NCBI RefSeq assembly: GCF_030144855.1
Contig: NC_082717.1
Span: 5,146,001-5,210,000 of the forward strand
Length of the DNA stretch: 64,000 nt
DNA from: Hypanus sabinus
Lineage: Eukaryota
Reading direction: 5' to 3'
Shown: positions 23,521 to 38,277 of the stretch, piece after piece
Numbering within the stretch: position 1 is the first letter of the stretch
Layout of the letters: each line of letters starts with the position of its first letter
Translations under genes and position numbers: made by a program
Notes under the pieces: model-generated
The model's database searches: none
What the model saw: only the letters and a program-made list of their open reading frames with translations
What the model was told of the DNA's origin: nothing

Positions 23521-25099
23521 TCTCTTTTGCTTTTGGTTTTGCTTTGACTACCCTTGTAATCCACAGTTGTATTATATGACCATTTGTTATTGGAATACAT
23601 CTAACCTGCACCTTCCTCATTTTTTCCAGAAAATCTCACCATTGGTGTTCTGCTGGCATCCCTGCCAGCATCTCCCTCCAATTTACTTTAGCCAACTCTC
23701 ATCTCATACCACTGTAATTTCCTATACTCCTCTGAAATACTGCTATGTCAGACTACTTTCTCCCTATCTACTTTCAAGTTGAACTCAACATCTTATGATC
23801 ACTTCCTCCAAAGGTTTATTTTACCTTATGCTCCCTAATCACCTCTGGTTCATTACATAACACTCAATTCAGTATAGCTGATCCCCTAGAAGGCTCAATG
23901 ACAAACTGTTCTAAAAAGCTATCTCTTAGGCATTCAGCAAGTTCACCCTCTTGAGATCCATTACCAACCTAATTTTCCCAATTGAAATGCATGTTGAAGT
24001 CTCCCATGACTATCATACCATTGCCCTTTTGACACACTTTTTCTATTTCCCACTGTAATCTGCAGTCCACATCCCAGTTACTGTCTGAAGACCTGTATAT
24101 ATCAGGGTCCTTTTATCCTTGAAGTTTTTTAACTCAACTCACAAGGATTCAATATTTTCAATTCCAATGTCACATCTTTCTAATTATGTGATTTCAATAT
24201 TTACAAACAGAGTCACGCTACCCCCTTTGTCCAACTTCCTATCCCTCTGATAAAATGTGTAACTTTGGACATTCAACTTTCAATACAACCATCCTTCAGC
24301 CACAATTCATTGATGGCCACAACATCATACCTGACAATCTGTAATAGCACAAGATCATCTACCTTATTTCTTCATTGAGATTTAATATTTTGATACCCTT
24401 TTTGATACTGCATCCCTACTGCACTGATGCACACCCTGCTTGCTGCTATTTGGTCATATCATCTGCCTGCATGCTATCTTTGCTTTTTTTCACCATCCAT
24501 CCTATCCTGAGTCCTTTCACTTCAACTCCTGACCCCTGACAAATTAGGTTAAACCCTTCCCAACGGCTCTAACAAACCTGCCCACAAGAATATTGAGTCC
24601 CCTTGGGTTCATATGCAACCCATCTCCCCCAGAGGAGATCCCAATGATCAATGAACCTGAAGCCCTGCCCCTGTACCAGCTTCTCAGCTACACATTTATC
24701 TACCACATATTTCTGTTTCTACCCTCACAGGTGCGTGGCACAGGTAGCAAGACTGTCTTCTGAAGCCTTTAAAAAGTTCAAGAACACTGTCTCATCACCT
24801 TTCCTTGTTTAATTTTTCTTTTCTGACCACAAGACCTGCCATATTAATGTAGTTAATATTTTCATGTAATGAATATCTTGGTTTTGTCGGGTAACTCATA
24901 ATTTAACTTTCAACTTATTAATGACTTTGTATGAAAACCATGGAGCTAACTCACTGCACCAGAACCCCATTAAAAGATTTGTTCCTACAGTGACACGGCC
25001 TCTCAGAGCACAACAGGAAGACTGAATTCCCCTTTCCCACTGATAACCCCGTCACACAAAGCTCAAAGGTTGCCATCATTGAGTATCAGTGAAATACCT

Positions 25100-26470
25100 G
25101 CAACAAGATATGGGAACACAATTAGACCATTTGGCACATCCATTCTTCTCTGCCATTCAATTATGGCTGAATCTTTATAACACTATTCTGCCTGTAATCC
25201 TAAATCTTTTTACCAATCGGGAACCTATCAATCTCTGCCTCAAACAAAAATATGGCTTGGTCTCAGCAACCAGCAATGGCTCTGGCTGAAGAAATTCCAT
25301 TTATCTCTGTTCTAAAAGCACATCCTTTATACACAGTGTAATGATTTGATCTGTATAAAAAGTATGCAAGAACAGCTTTTCTCTGTACATGTGACATTAA
25401 AAACTGAAATACTCCTTTGTTCTGAGTCTGCACTGTCTGCTCTGAGACTCGCCCACTATTAGAAACATCCTCTCCGTGTACAGTGTGTCCAGGCCTTTCA
25501 GTATTAGATAGGATTCAATGTGTAACCAACCCCCCCACACGACATCCTTCTGAACTCCAAGTGAGTAGAGTCCCACAGATTCACCACCCACTGGCTAAAA
25601 GTAGTTCCTCCTCATCTCCATTGTAAATGGACATTCCTCTGTTCTGAGGCTATCCCCCCGCTCCTAGACTCCCCCACTGTAGGAAACTTTCTCTCTACAT
25701 CCGTCTATTTAGGTCTAGCAATATTTGATAGGTTTCAATGTGAACCCCCTCATTCTGCTAAATTCCAATGAGTGCAGGCCCAGAGTGATTAAATGCTCTT
25801 CATTTGATAACCATTTCATTGCTGGAATCACTTTCATGAAACCTCCTTTGATCACTCTCCAATGTCAGCACATCATTTCTCAGATGAGCCCAAAACTGCT
25901 CACAATACTCTTAGTGAGCCTTGACATTGCCTTATAAAGCCTGAGCATTACTTCCTTGTTCATCTATTCTAGTCCTCTTGAAATGAAGTCACACGACAGA
26001 CTCAACCTTCCCAATCTGTTAATCTTTCTGCTCTACTTACCCCTACACCAAACTGGCCAACCCTTCCCTTTCTTCTCCCTCCTTCCCATTTTGAAGAGTG
26101 GAGTTACTTTTGCAATTTTTCAGTCCTCCGAAACCATGCCAGAATTTAGCGATTCTTGACAGACAATTACAAGTGCTCACACAATCTTTCGATCCTATGT
26201 AACCTCCTTCAAATTATTTGATTTCAATGTTTACAAACAGAGTTACGCCACCCCCTCTGACTACCTGTCTGTCCTTTCAGTACAAAATGTATGTGTGGAC
26301 ATTAAGCTCCCAGTTATAATCATGTTTTAGCCATGAATCAGTGATGCGCTTTATGTCATACCTGCCAATCTCTAACTGTGCTACAAAATCATCCACATTA
26401 TCCCATATATTGTGTGCTTTCAAATACTAAACTTTCAGTCTTGTATTCATCACTCTTCTCCATTTTGTTT
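25100..26470 (-). mobile_element. Degraded CR1 fragments
   Basis: Antisense CR1 3' UTR, RT C-terminal and EN-region pieces. Confidence 0.7.
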
Positions 26471-26479
26471 ACCTGAATA

Positions 26480-27480
26480 ATCATAATAACCACAATAAGT
26501 CAATGGTAGATGCAATCTCAATGGCTCTTCACATGGCTTTAGACCTCCTGGGCAACATAAGCAGCTACTTCAGGATGCTGTTCATCCACCATAACTCAGC
26601 ATTTAATACCATCATTCCCACAATCCTGATTGAGAAGTTGCAGAACCTGGGCCTCTGTACCTTCCTTCTGCAATTGGATCCTTGACTTTCTAACTAGAAG
26701 ACCACAATCTGTGCGGATTGGTGATAACATATCCTCCTCGCTGACGATCAACTCTGGCACACCTCAGGGGTGTGTGCTTAGTCCACTGTTCTACTCTCTA
26801 TTTTCACATGACTGTGTGGCTAGGTATAGCTCAAGTACCATCTATAAATTTGCAGATGATACAGCCATTGTTGGTGGAATCTCAGGTGGTGACGAGAGGG
26901 CATACAGGAGTGAGATATGCCAACTGGTGGAGTGGTGCTGCAGCGTCAACCTGGCACTCAATGTCAGTAAGATGAAAAAGCTGATTGTAGACTTCAGGAA
27001 AGGTAAGATGAAGGAACACATACCAATCCTCATAGAAGGATCAGAAGTGGAGAGAGTGAGCAGTTTGAAGTTCCTGGGTGTCAAGATCGCTGAGAATCTA
27101 ACCTGGTCCCAGCATATCAATGTACTTATAAAGAAGGCAAGACAGCGGCAATACCTTATTAGGAGTTTGAAGAGATTTGGCATGACAACAAATACACTCA
27201 ATCTTCTCTAGTTGTACTGTGGAGAGCATTCTGACAAGCTGCATCATTGTCTGGTATGGAGAGGCTATTGCACAGGACCAAAAAAATCTGCCGAGGGTTA
27301 TAAATCTAGTCAGCTCCATCTTGGGTACTAGCCTATAAAGTACCCAGGGCATCTTCAGGGAGCGATGTCTCAGAAAGGCAGCGTCCATTAAGGACCTCCA
27401 GCACCCAGGGCATACCCTTTTCTCGCTATTATTATCATATTGATAATAAACTGGTGATAATAAACCTGATTCTGATTCTG
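26480..27480 (+). mobile_element. Rex1/Babar LINE, 5'-truncated
   Basis: [39 protein letters not shown]; ctgatt tail. Confidence 0.9.
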
Positions 27481-28319
27481 AACCTGCTCAAACACAAGTG
27501 TTTATCCCTCTCCTAAGATACTGCCTGACCTGTGGAGATCCCTTGATATTTTTGTGTGTTTCACAAGATTTCCGGCATCTGCAAACTCTCTTATGTCCCC
27601 AAATTCTTTCCTAAATCTGCATTTAAAATTTAATGAATAAATGAGGAGAGGCAGGGAAAGCTGTGCAGCGCTAAGGCTGTCCGACAGAGAGATCATGTCC
27701 CACTGAATGGTCTCTTCCTGTGCACTTTGTCTTGCACATAACCAATAGAGTCTGAATCATACAGCACAGAAACAGGCCCTTTGGCTCAACTGCTGCATGC
27801 TGTCCAAGATGCCCCATCCTAGCTAATCCCATTTGCTAGTGCCAGCCCCTTAACCTTTTAAACTTTTCAATCCAAGTGTCTTTCAAAAGTTGTTATTGTA
27901 CCTGTCTCAACCACTTTCTCTGACAACTCTGTACACATAGATACTAACTTATTTTGTAAGTAGGTTGCAACACAATTTTTTTTCATTTTACAATCTTTTA
28001 GCTAATTATTATTGAAGAATGGCAAAAAAGAGACATTAAGTCAATATGTCATTATGTGCAATAAGGAATTAGATTAGCAAATAACTGATTAACAAAGCTA
28101 AGCAATATATCAATAATAATAAAAAAGTAAAGTGTTAAGAATTTTGTTTGAAATAAAAAGAAGGAAAAAAGAAGAATCCCTACTAACTGAAAAAAAACAA
28201 AAAAAAAAACATTGGGAGCACAACCCCAGAGCTATACATCATACAAACTTCCATAGATAAAAACATCAATCTGCCAACTCAAATCTACTTAAAGAAAAAT
28301 CGAAAGGAAACCATATTAA

Positions 28320-31300
28320 TTAACTCATATCAGATGATAGTAGCAGGCGCATGAACCCCAACTTTTCTCAAAATCGAATCAAGGATCAAAAGTTCGACTT
28401 CTGATTTTCTCCAAACTAAGACATGACATCACTTGTGAAAACCATTTCATTAAAGTGGGAGCCGAAATATCTTTCCATTTCAACAAAATAAATCTTCTGG
28501 CCAATAATGTAATGAAAGCAATTACATGTTGGTCTAATGAAGAAATATATTGAGGGATCATACCAAATAAAACTGTCAATTTATTATTTTGTAAATTAAT
28601 TTTTAAAGCTTTAGAAATTGTAGAAAGAATAGTCTTCCAAAAATGTTTCAGTACAGAACACGGCCAAAACATATGTGTCAATGTGGCTGTCCATTTTACA
28701 TCTGTCACACTGACTATCAGTATTACGAAACATTTTAGACAGCCTCTCCTTTGTCAAATAGTAACAATGAATTGAATTAAAGTGTGATTGGCATGAGTCA
28801 AAAAAGAATTGACCAACTTCAAAATCCACAACCAATCTTCTGTTATCAAAGTCATGTTAAGTTCTCTCTCCCAATCTTGCTTAATCTTAGGTGAAGAGTA
28901 ATTGTGCTGCTGTAACAATAAATTATAAATTTTCCCAATAAAACCCTTCACTAAAGGATTTATTTTTAAAGAAATACCTGACAGGTCAGAATCTTGTATG
29001 TATGGAAAACTACTTCAATATTTTTGTAAGAAGTGTCTGACCTGATGATATTGCAGGAAATGTGAATATGAGAGAGTATTTAGTTACTAATTTTTCATAA
29101 GACATCAGTCGGCCATCTTGGAACAAATCTGTGAAGGAATAAACCCCTTTAGTCCTCGAAAGAAGAAAAGTAGGATCACTTACTGAAGGTTTAAATAAAT
29201 AATTTTGATAAATTAAACTAAAAAGTTTAAATTTTTAAAGATTAAAAAAATTATGAAACTGGAACCAAATTTGTAATGACTGCTTAATCACAGGATATAA
29301 ATTTAAATTAGTAATTTTGTACAGGCAGAGAAGCTCCTAATAATGAGGTTAAGTGAAACTTTCACAGCATTAAATACCAAATCAGCCCAAGATGGTCATT
29401 CATCTCTATCAGCCCAATATAACCAAAAGCATATATAACGTATATTAACAGCCCAATAATCCATTCTTAAATTAGGTAATGCAAGACCTCCATCTTTTTT
29501 TAACCATATAACAATCACAGCACAGAAACAAGCCATCTCGGCCCTCCTAGTCCGTGCTGAACTCTTAATCTCACCTAGTCCCACCTACCCGCACTCAGCC
29601 CATAACCCTCCACTTCTGTCCTGTCCATATACCTATCCAATTTTACCTTAAATGACACAACTGAACTGGCCTCTACTACTTCTACAGGAAGCTCATTCCA
29701 CACAGCTCACTCTCTGAGTAAAGAAATACCCCCTCATCTTTCCCTTAAACTTTTGTCCCCTAACTCTCAAATCATGTCCTCTCATTTGAATCACCCCTAC
29801 TCTCAATGGAAACAGCCTATTCACATTAACTCTATCTATCCCTCTCAAAATTTTAAATACCTCGATCAAATCCCCCTTCAACCTTCTATGCTCCAATGAA
29901 TAGAGAGCTAACTTGTTCAACCTTTTTCTGTAACTTAAGTGCTGAAACCCAGGTAACGTCCTAGTAAATCATCTCTGCACTCTCTCTAATTTATTGATAT
30001 CTTTCCTATAATTCAGTGACCAGAACTGTACACAATATTCCAAATTTGGCCTTACCAATGCCTTGTACAATTTTAACATTACATCTCAACTTCTGTACTC
30101 AATGCTCTGATTTATAAAGGCCAGTGTTCCAAAAGCCTTCTTCACCAGCCTATCTACATGAGACTCCACCTTCAGGGAACTATGCACTGTTATTCCTAGA
30201 TCTCTCTGTTCCACTGCATTCCTCAATGCCCTACCATTTACCCTGTATGTACTATTTGGATTATTCCTGCCAAAATGTAGAACCTCACACTTCTCAGCAT
30301 GAAACTCCATCTGCCAACGTTCAGCCCATTCTTCCAACTGGCATAAATCCCCCTGCAAGCTTTGAAAACCCACCTCATTATCCACAACACCTCCTACCTT
30401 AGTATCATTGACATACTTAATAATCCAATTTACCGCCCCATCATGCAGATCATTTATGTATATTACAAACAAGATTAGGCCCAAAACAGATCCCTGAGGC
30501 ACCCCGCTAGTCACCGACCTCCATCCCGATAAACAATTATCCACCACTACTCTCTGGCATCTCCCATCTAGCCACTGTTGAATCCATTTTATTACTCCAG
30601 CATTAATACCTAATGACTGAACCTTCTTAACTAACCTTCCATGTGGAACTTTGTCAAAGGCCTTGCTGAATTCCATATAGACTACATCCACTGCCTTATC
30701 CTTGTCAACATTCCTCGTAACTTCTTCAAAAAATTCAATAAGATTTGTCAAACATGACCTTCCACGCACAAATCCATGCTGGTTACTCCTAATCAGATCC
30801 TGTCTATCCATATAATTATAAATACTATTTCTAAGAATACTTTCCATTAATTTACCCACCACTGATGTCAAACTGACAGTTCTATAATTGCTAGGCTTAC
30901 TTCTAGAACCCTTTTTAAACAATGGAACCACATGAGCAATACGCCAATCCTCTGGCACAATCCCCGTTTCTAATGACATCCTAAAGATCTCTGTCAGAGC
31001 TCCTGCTACCTCTACACAAACTTCACTCAAGGTCCTGGGGAATATCCTGTCAGGACCCAGAGATTTATCCACTTGTAAACTTCTTAAAAGCGCCAGAGCT
31101 TCCATCTCTTTAATTGTCATAGGTTCCATAACTTCCTTACTTGTTTCCCACACCTTACATAATTCAATATCCTTCTCCTTAGTGAATACCAAAGAGAAGA
31201 AATCGTTCAAAATCTCTCCCATCTCCCTGGGCTACACACATAGCTGATCACCCTGATTCTCTGAGGGAACAATTTTATCCCTCACTATCCTCTTGCTGTT

Positions 31301-34300
31301 AATATAACTGTAGAAACCTTTCGGATTTACTTTCACCTTATTTGCCAAAGCAACCTCGTATCTTCTTTTAGCTTTTCTAATCTCTTTCTTAAGATTCCTT
31401 TTACATTCTTTATAATCCTCGAGCAATTCCTTTACTGCATGCTGCCTATATCTACTGTAGACATCCCTCTTTTTCCGAACCAAGTTTCTAATATCCCTTG
31501 AAAACCATGGTACTTTCAAACCTTTAACCTTTCCTTTCAACCTAACAGGAACATAAAGATTCTGTACCCTCATAATTTTACCCTTAAATAACCTCCATTT
31601 CTCTATTACATCCTTCCCATAAAACAACTTGACCCAATCCACTCTCTCTAAATCCCTTCGCATCTCCTCAAAGTTAACCTTTCTCCAATCAAAAATCTCA
31701 ACTCTAGGTCCTGTCCTGTCCTTCTCCATAATTATATTGAAGCTAATGCTATTGTGATCACTGGACCCGAAGTGCTCCCCAACACATACATCTGTCAGCT
31801 GACCTATCGTATTCCCTAGCAGGAGATCCAACACTGCCCCATCTCTAGTCGGTACTTCTATGTATTGTTGCAAAAAACTATCCTGCACACATTTCAAAAA
31901 CTCTAAACCATCCAGCCCTTTTACAGAATGAGCTTCCCAGTCTACGTGTGGAAAATTAAAATTTCCCTCAATCACCACCTTGTGTTTACTACAATATCTG
32001 CTATCTCCTTACACATTTGCTCTTCCAACTCACGCTCCCCATTAGGTGGCCTATAATACACTCATATCAGTGTTACTACACACTTCCCATTCCTCAATTC
32101 CACCCAAATAGTCTCCCTAGAGGAGCTCTCTAATCTGTCCTTCCAAAGCACCGCCATAAGATTTTCTCGGACAAGCAATGCAACACCTCCTCCTCTGGCC
32201 CCTCCTACTCTATCACACCTGAAGCAACTAAATCCAGGAATGTTTAGTTGCCAATCACTCCCTTCCTGCAACCATGTTTGCAACAACGTCATAATTCCAT
32301 GTATCAATCCACGCTTTAAGCTCATCCACCTTTCTTACAATGATATTTAGCAATTCTTGGTCTTTTATTATTCCAAACAGAAGATGAAATTATGGAGTCA
32401 ACCTGAACGAAGAATTTCTTAGTTTGAAAAAATAGGGATATTTTGAAGTACATTTAAAATTTTTTAGTAAAATTATCATTTTAACGCATGAATTCGACCG
32501 ATTAACAAAAGTGTAAGTGGATTCCATCTACAAAATAATTGCTTCATAAAATCCACTAAAGGAACCAAATTAGTTTTATAAAGGTCTTTACGATTTTTCG
32601 TGATAATAATGCCTAAATATTTAAATGAGTCCGTAACCCTAAAAAGAAAGTCATCATATATAGAAGCAGAATCAGGGAAAGGAATTTACTTTTATGAAGG
32701 TTGAGCTTATATCCCGAACACTTTCCAAAATCATTTAATAGTTTCAATAAACTAGGAATGGATTATTCAGGATTTGAAATATAAACTAAATGATCATCAG
32801 CATAAAGAGAGATCTTATGAACAGTCCCATTTATAAAAATTCTATGAATATCTTTCCCTTCACAAAGTGCAATAGCCAAGGGTTCCAGCACCAAATTAAA
32901 TAACAAATGACTTAAAGGACATCCTTGACTCGGTACCCCGTGAAAGCTGATAAAACGGAGATCTGCAATTGTTAGTAATAACAGTAGCAATTGAGCTTTT
33001 ATACATCATTCCAATCCACTTATTAAAATTAATACCAAAGCCGAATTTCTCTAAAACATTCAATGAGTATTTCCATTCAACTCTGTCAAATGTCTTTTCA
33101 TTAACAAAAGAGGCAACACATTGGAGAGCCTTAGAAAAGGATGAATATATAACATTTAACAGTCTCTGAACATTAGAAAAGGAGTAACGGTCCTTTACAA
33201 AATCTGTATGATCTTGAGAAATAATTTCAGCCAATAATTCTCCAGCCATTAAGCCATTATTTTGAGAGAATTTTAGCATCCACATTTAATAATTAAATAA
33301 CACTATATGAAGCACAGTCAGTAGAATCTTTATCTTTCTTAAGAATTAAAGAAATGGAAGCTTGATAAAATGTGGGAGATAACGGTCCTATCAAAAGAGA
33401 ATCTTTAAACGTTTCCAACATATATGAGGACAGCAACTTTTCAAACATTTTATAAAATCCTACATAATAACCATCAAGTCCAGTAGCTTTACCAGATTGC
33501 TTTGAAAAAATAACTTTCTGAATTTTGCTTTCAGTAATAGGAGTATCAAGTTTTTTGATCTTCAGCAGAAATTGGAGGAAAATCAATCTTTTGTAAAAAG
33601 GCATTCATTTTATAAGAATCAACCGAAAACTGAGATTTATAAAGTTCAATATAAAAGTCTTGAAAAATGTTATTAATATCTTCATAACTACATGCTAAAC
33701 TTCCATCTCACTTATGAAGTTATTTTTTTTTCTTTTTAGCTCTAGCTGCTTTTAATTGAGATGCTAATAGCTTATTACTTTTATCTCCAAACACATAAAA
33801 TTGACTTTTCAATTTAAGTAAATTTCTTTCAAAAGGATAAGTTAATAATAAATTATATTGTGATTGGAGTTGAACTCTTTGTTTAAATAAATCAAAGCTA
33901 GGAGAGTGCATAAATATTATCTAAGTCTTTAATTTGTTTGGAAATTTTATCTAATTCTATTTTTGTATGTTTCTTCAGCTTAGTTGAATCGGAAATTATC
34001 TGACCACGCAAATATGCTTTAAATGTATCCCATATAATCAACTTCGATACATCTCCCATATAGTTAAAAAGAAAAAAACTCTTTTATCTGAGTCTCAATA
34101 AATCTGACAAAGTCTGTAATAAATCTGTAATAAGTCTGTAATAAATTTTCTGTAAAAAGCCAAGGCAAATTTGCAATAGTGACTTCTTTCAGTTCAAAAG
34201 CTAAGCTTAAAGGTGCATGATCCAAAAGAACTATAGAATCATATTCACATTTCTGGACTTCGATGATTGACTATAAAGCAATCGGTTCTCAAATATTTTA

Positions 34301-34893
34301 TGTGAATGTGTGAAAAAAAGAATAATTTCTGTCATTAGAATGTCAATGTCTCCAAATTTCAACCAGGCCAAAATTAATTAGAAAAGTTAATAAGTGACGT
34401 AGAACAACTCGGAAGCCATTGAATAGTTGTACTCTTGTCAATCAAAGGGTTTAAACAACAGTTAAAATCACCACCCATTAGCAACATATATTCATTTAAG
34501 TCTAGCAATAAAGCGAAAACATTTTTAAAAAAAGAAGGATCATCTACTTTAGGTCCATATAGGTTAACCAGAACAATTTTTCTATTATAAATTGCTCCTT
34601 TAACAATCAAAAATCTACTATTAATATCTGACACAATATCCTCTTGGATAAATAAAATATTAGATATAATAAAAATAGATACTCTCTTTGTTTTATTTTG
34701 ACACGTAACGTGAAATTGAAGGCCCTTCCACGTTTAAAAAAATCTATTTTGATCGCCTGTTTTGATATGTGTTTCTTGAACAAAAATTATATCGGGTTGG
34801 AATCGATTAATGATTTTATGTCTTCTTTTGCTTAATAGGATGATTCCAACCATGTACATTCCAACTTATAACATTTATCTGTTTAATTGCCAT
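28320..34893 (-). pseudogene. L1 ORF2 (EN, RT, C-terminal Cys/His), many stops and frameshifts, CR1 insert excluded
   Basis: MAIKQINVISWNV..QETH, VNLYGP..MGGDFN, KQSGKATGLDG, EKTFDRVEW, QGCPLS, ISLYADD, GGLALPNL, CDRCK..HMFWPC. Confidence 0.88.
29499..32342 (-). mobile_element. Young CR1 (5'-truncated ORF2 to 3' tail) inserted in L1 ORF2
   Basis: ORFs 31232-31978 and 30086-31222; about 94% identical over a checked 80-nt stretch to the copy at 40870-43730. Confidence 0.95.
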
Positions 34894-36039
34894 AAAAATT
34901 TATTTTATTTAACACATAAATGTATGCATGCCAGTGCAGGCTAATCAAAACTGGTGATGAAAAGTACAACCATACACAAAATATGCACGCTCTGGAACTC
35001 TGTAATGGGAAACAAATACCAAAAGGAAAACTAAAATTAATCTTACAATTAATCCTGTAAATCAACACTAACCCCAATCCTCCCCCAACCCAAAAAGCCT
35101 GAAATTTGGCAAAAAAAAAGCCGAAATGCCTCCCCATAGAGAATAAAAAGAGAGAGCCTCCGCAAGCTGCCCATTTTATAATAGTGGTTTTAAAAAGCTT
35201 TCCTTACTTCCTCCCCCAGTTACAAAAAAGACAAGCACTGAAATAATGAACACTGGTAAGGCTAGGTAATCATTAAAACATGGAACAGATTCCCAGCTGA
35301 GATAATTAATACAAGAGGACACAAATTTATGGCGATCAGAAGGAAGTATAGGGATCTCAGGGATGTTTTTTTCCTAGACCAGTGGGTACGTGGAAAGATC
35401 TACCATGGGTAGAGGCAGACCCAACAAGGACATTTAAAAAACTCTTAAATAGGCTCATAGTGAAAGACGAATAGAATTCTCTACAGGACAGAAGCATTAA
35501 ATTAATCATAAAATAAATAGAAAGGTAAGCAGAACAATATGGACCAAAAGGCCAGCACTATTCCGTTTTTCTCTACAACATCTAGCTCCCCATGTCCAAC
35601 ATAAAAGTTCAGAGAAAAAAATGTTTATACTTAATCCTTAAAAACATGCTGGGGAATGCAAAACAATCTCCAAGGATGCCAAAATGATGAAGTTAAACAA
35701 AGATAGAAATACCTATGTAATCTAGTGAAGAAAAATCAGCACTATTTTCCATTTAACTGATACACCCAATGAAAAACTTTTTTTTTGAAAAAACTAATTA
35801 CCTATCAACTAAGCACTCCCAACTATATATAAAGAAAAAAAAACCTTATCAACTATGGAAATTATCACTTAATTAATGAAAAAAGGAGAATAAAACAAAT
35901 AATAAATCAGATAATCAAACAGTCTATCCATTGTCTTAATTCCCTTAATAGGCCAAACAGATTTCAAAAAGTCATTCATCATTCACATCGAAAGGTTCAC
36001 ATCTTCTTTAAATGGTCAATCAATCAAAGGACATCTTAA

Positions 36040-36906
36040 GCAAATCAAAACTATTCAAAGTTTATCTTCTTTCCGAAAGAATGGTTATTCGGCAGACCTA
36101 AAACTATTCAAACCTCGGCGACAGCCAGAATAGTGTTAACATAGTCCAATGCCTCTTTGGGATCCAGAAAAACATGTGGAGTTGAAGCTTTGGGAAATAA
36201 TTTTAATCGAGCTGGATATTGAAGTGATGGGAATAATCCCTTATTATAGGCTATCTTCATGGTTGGAACAAATTTAGACCGCAGAGCTATATCCTCCAGT
36301 AGATAATATTCATGAAAACGAAGCTCGTAACCTTTAAATTTAAAAACTTTTTGTTTCCTTGCATATTTTACGATTCAGTCTTTAACTTTAAAATGAAGAA
36401 AGGAGACCAAAACTGACCTTGGTCTATCTTGGTGAGATGCCATAGTAAAATTTCCATGTGCTCTTTCGACGTTGGGAGGTTGAGATAAAATATCCAGAAA
36501 CAGAGATTGAAACAGGTTAGCAAAGTAGTCTAATAAATCTCCAGTCTCAGATCCTTCCTTCAATCCAACAATTTGGATATTATTCCAATGAGATCTTGCT
36601 TCCAAATCAATAATCTTCTGCTGTGACTTCTCCAAATGTGCTGATATTTCCGCAATTTGCCGTTTCAGCTCTTTAAGTTCAAAATTCAGAAAAATAATGT
36701 TTTCCTGCACAAATTGAAAACTTTCATAATGACTTCATCTCAGAAGAGGTAGCATCAAGTTTTATTGTGCTGTTGTCCATCTTCTTATCAAGACCCATTA
36801 GCGAATTTTCTAAACGTTCAACCCAGGCTGGTGTTTCCTCAGACTTTTTCCCCTTTCTGTTGCTGGATTCAGGAAGCTGCTTTCCACTTCTTAAAGATTG
36901 TGACAT
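36040..36906 (-). pseudogene. L1 ORF1 (coiled coil and RRM/CTD-type)
   Basis: KIIDLEARSHWNNIQIVGLKEG..ERAH..RPRSVLVSFLHFKVKD. Confidence 0.87.
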
Positions 36907-37149
36907 AGTAACAACTATTCCCCTCTAAGATCAGACAAATAAAAGTTAAAAATTCAAAGTTTAAACTGGGGAAAAGGAAGAATTAATTGCAGCCACACAG
37001 ATCTGTGTGTCACTCCATTAGACAGTAGGCGGAGTCTCCCTGCAACACAAATTTTATTTAAATCTCTCCTCTCTCTCTCCTTAATTTACCATTTTGTAAT
37101 TCCACAGCTCTGGGAAAAAGACTGAGTGACTGAGGCTTTATAACGCATC

Positions 37150-37660
37150 GACCAGACCACACTTGGAGAATTGTAAGCAGTTCTGGGTCCCTTATCTAAG
37201 AAAAGATGTGCTGGAATTGTAAGGGTCCAGAGGAGATTCACAAGAATGATTCCGGGAGTGCTTGATGGTTTTGGTTCTGTAGCCACTGGAGTTTAGAAGA
37301 ATGAGCAGGGATCTCATTGAAACTTATCGGATATCGAAAGGCCCAGATAGAGTTGATGTGGAGAAGATGTTTCCAATAAAATGTGAGTCTTGGAGGAGGG
37401 AGCACAGCCTTAGAATAGTTTTATCTCTTTAGAACAAAAATGACAAGAAGTTTCTTTAGCCATTGGATGGCAAAATTGTGGAATTCATTGCCATAGATGG
37501 CCCTGACTCTAAGTCATTGGGTATATTTATAGTGGAGGTTGATAGGTTTTGATTAGTTTGGATGTTAAATGTTACACAGGGAAGGGAGAACAGGGCTGAG
37601 TGGGATTGTAAATCAGTCCTAATAAAGAAGCACATCTGACTGAATAGGCCAAGAGGCCCA
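37150..37660 (+). mobile_element. CR1 3' fragment
   Basis: RPHLENC..PYLRKDVL..RRFTRMIPG followed by a 3' UTR. Confidence 0.82.
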
Positions 37661-38151
37661 ATTCTGTTCCTATGGTTTTCTGTACCCACCCTATCCATGC
37701 TTCTCTTTCAGATCACCCTTCAGTTTCCTACGGTTTAATGAATAAAGTCCAACTTCTCTCTATACCTCAGTCCTTCAAGTACTGTCAGCAGTCTCTCATG
37801 GCTCCAAATGTGACAAAAATGCCTGAAGAATGTGCTCCCAAATTTTCGTGAGAGCAGAGCTCAGGTGATTAATCTTAATTCCCTCAAGAATTTTGGAATC
37901 CAGAGGGTTGTTATGCTGCTTAAAAAGTTGCAGGCTCTTGCTACTCTCTCTCACTCATTTCTAGGTGCATGGCACACTTTGCACTGAATATCTGGTAGAC
38001 CTGGAATTTCTAGACCTGACGCTGGAGAAGTTCAAAGTTCAAAGTTCGAAGATTTCTTTTCAGATGGAGAACAGCAGATATCCCAAAATTGCTGCAGATT
38101 CCATTTTCCCAATTTCACCTGATTTTTCCTCATTCTCCTTCACCCGTTCTG

Positions 38152-38277
38152 GTAAAATTAGCCTGGAAGTATGTTGCCATGGTGATTGACCAGCTCTTTC
38201 TCTGGATATTCATCATTGCTTGTCTGTAGGGAACTATTGGACTCTTCCTGCTCCTGTGGCTGGCTGGAATGATCTAA
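38152..38277 (+). pseudogene. CHRNA2/CHRNA4: Pseudogenised terminal (TM4) exon of a neuronal nicotinic acetylcholine receptor alpha2/alpha4-type subunit
   Basis: Translates [40 protein letters not shown]; the recalled alpha4 C-terminus [41 protein letters not shown] matches 31/41; upstream polypyrimidine tract with the acceptor AG replaced by TG; in-frame TAG at 38227-38229; AATAAA at 38406-38411. Confidence 0.9.

Larger units (their letters stand above)
11890..24730 (-). mobile_element. Host CR1 (ORF1 end, EN, RT) split by the Gmr1-like element; pieces 11890-12122 and 21922-24730
   Basis: Removing 12123-21921 and one ATAT restores GIDAFVAKFADDIKIVVGVSSAEEA; LLPVPRT of ORF1 at about 24730. 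Confidence 0.88.
27976..37040 (-). mobile_element. Full-length L1-clade LINE with TSD, interrupted by a CR1
   Basis: TGCAACACAA at 27966-27975 and 37041-37050; A-tail at the 3' end; ORF1 and ORF2 motifs in order. Confidence 0.9.

Noticed and set aside
24950-25075. Possible plus-strand exon in unique sequence
   Set aside because: Weak donor and no recognisable protein similarity
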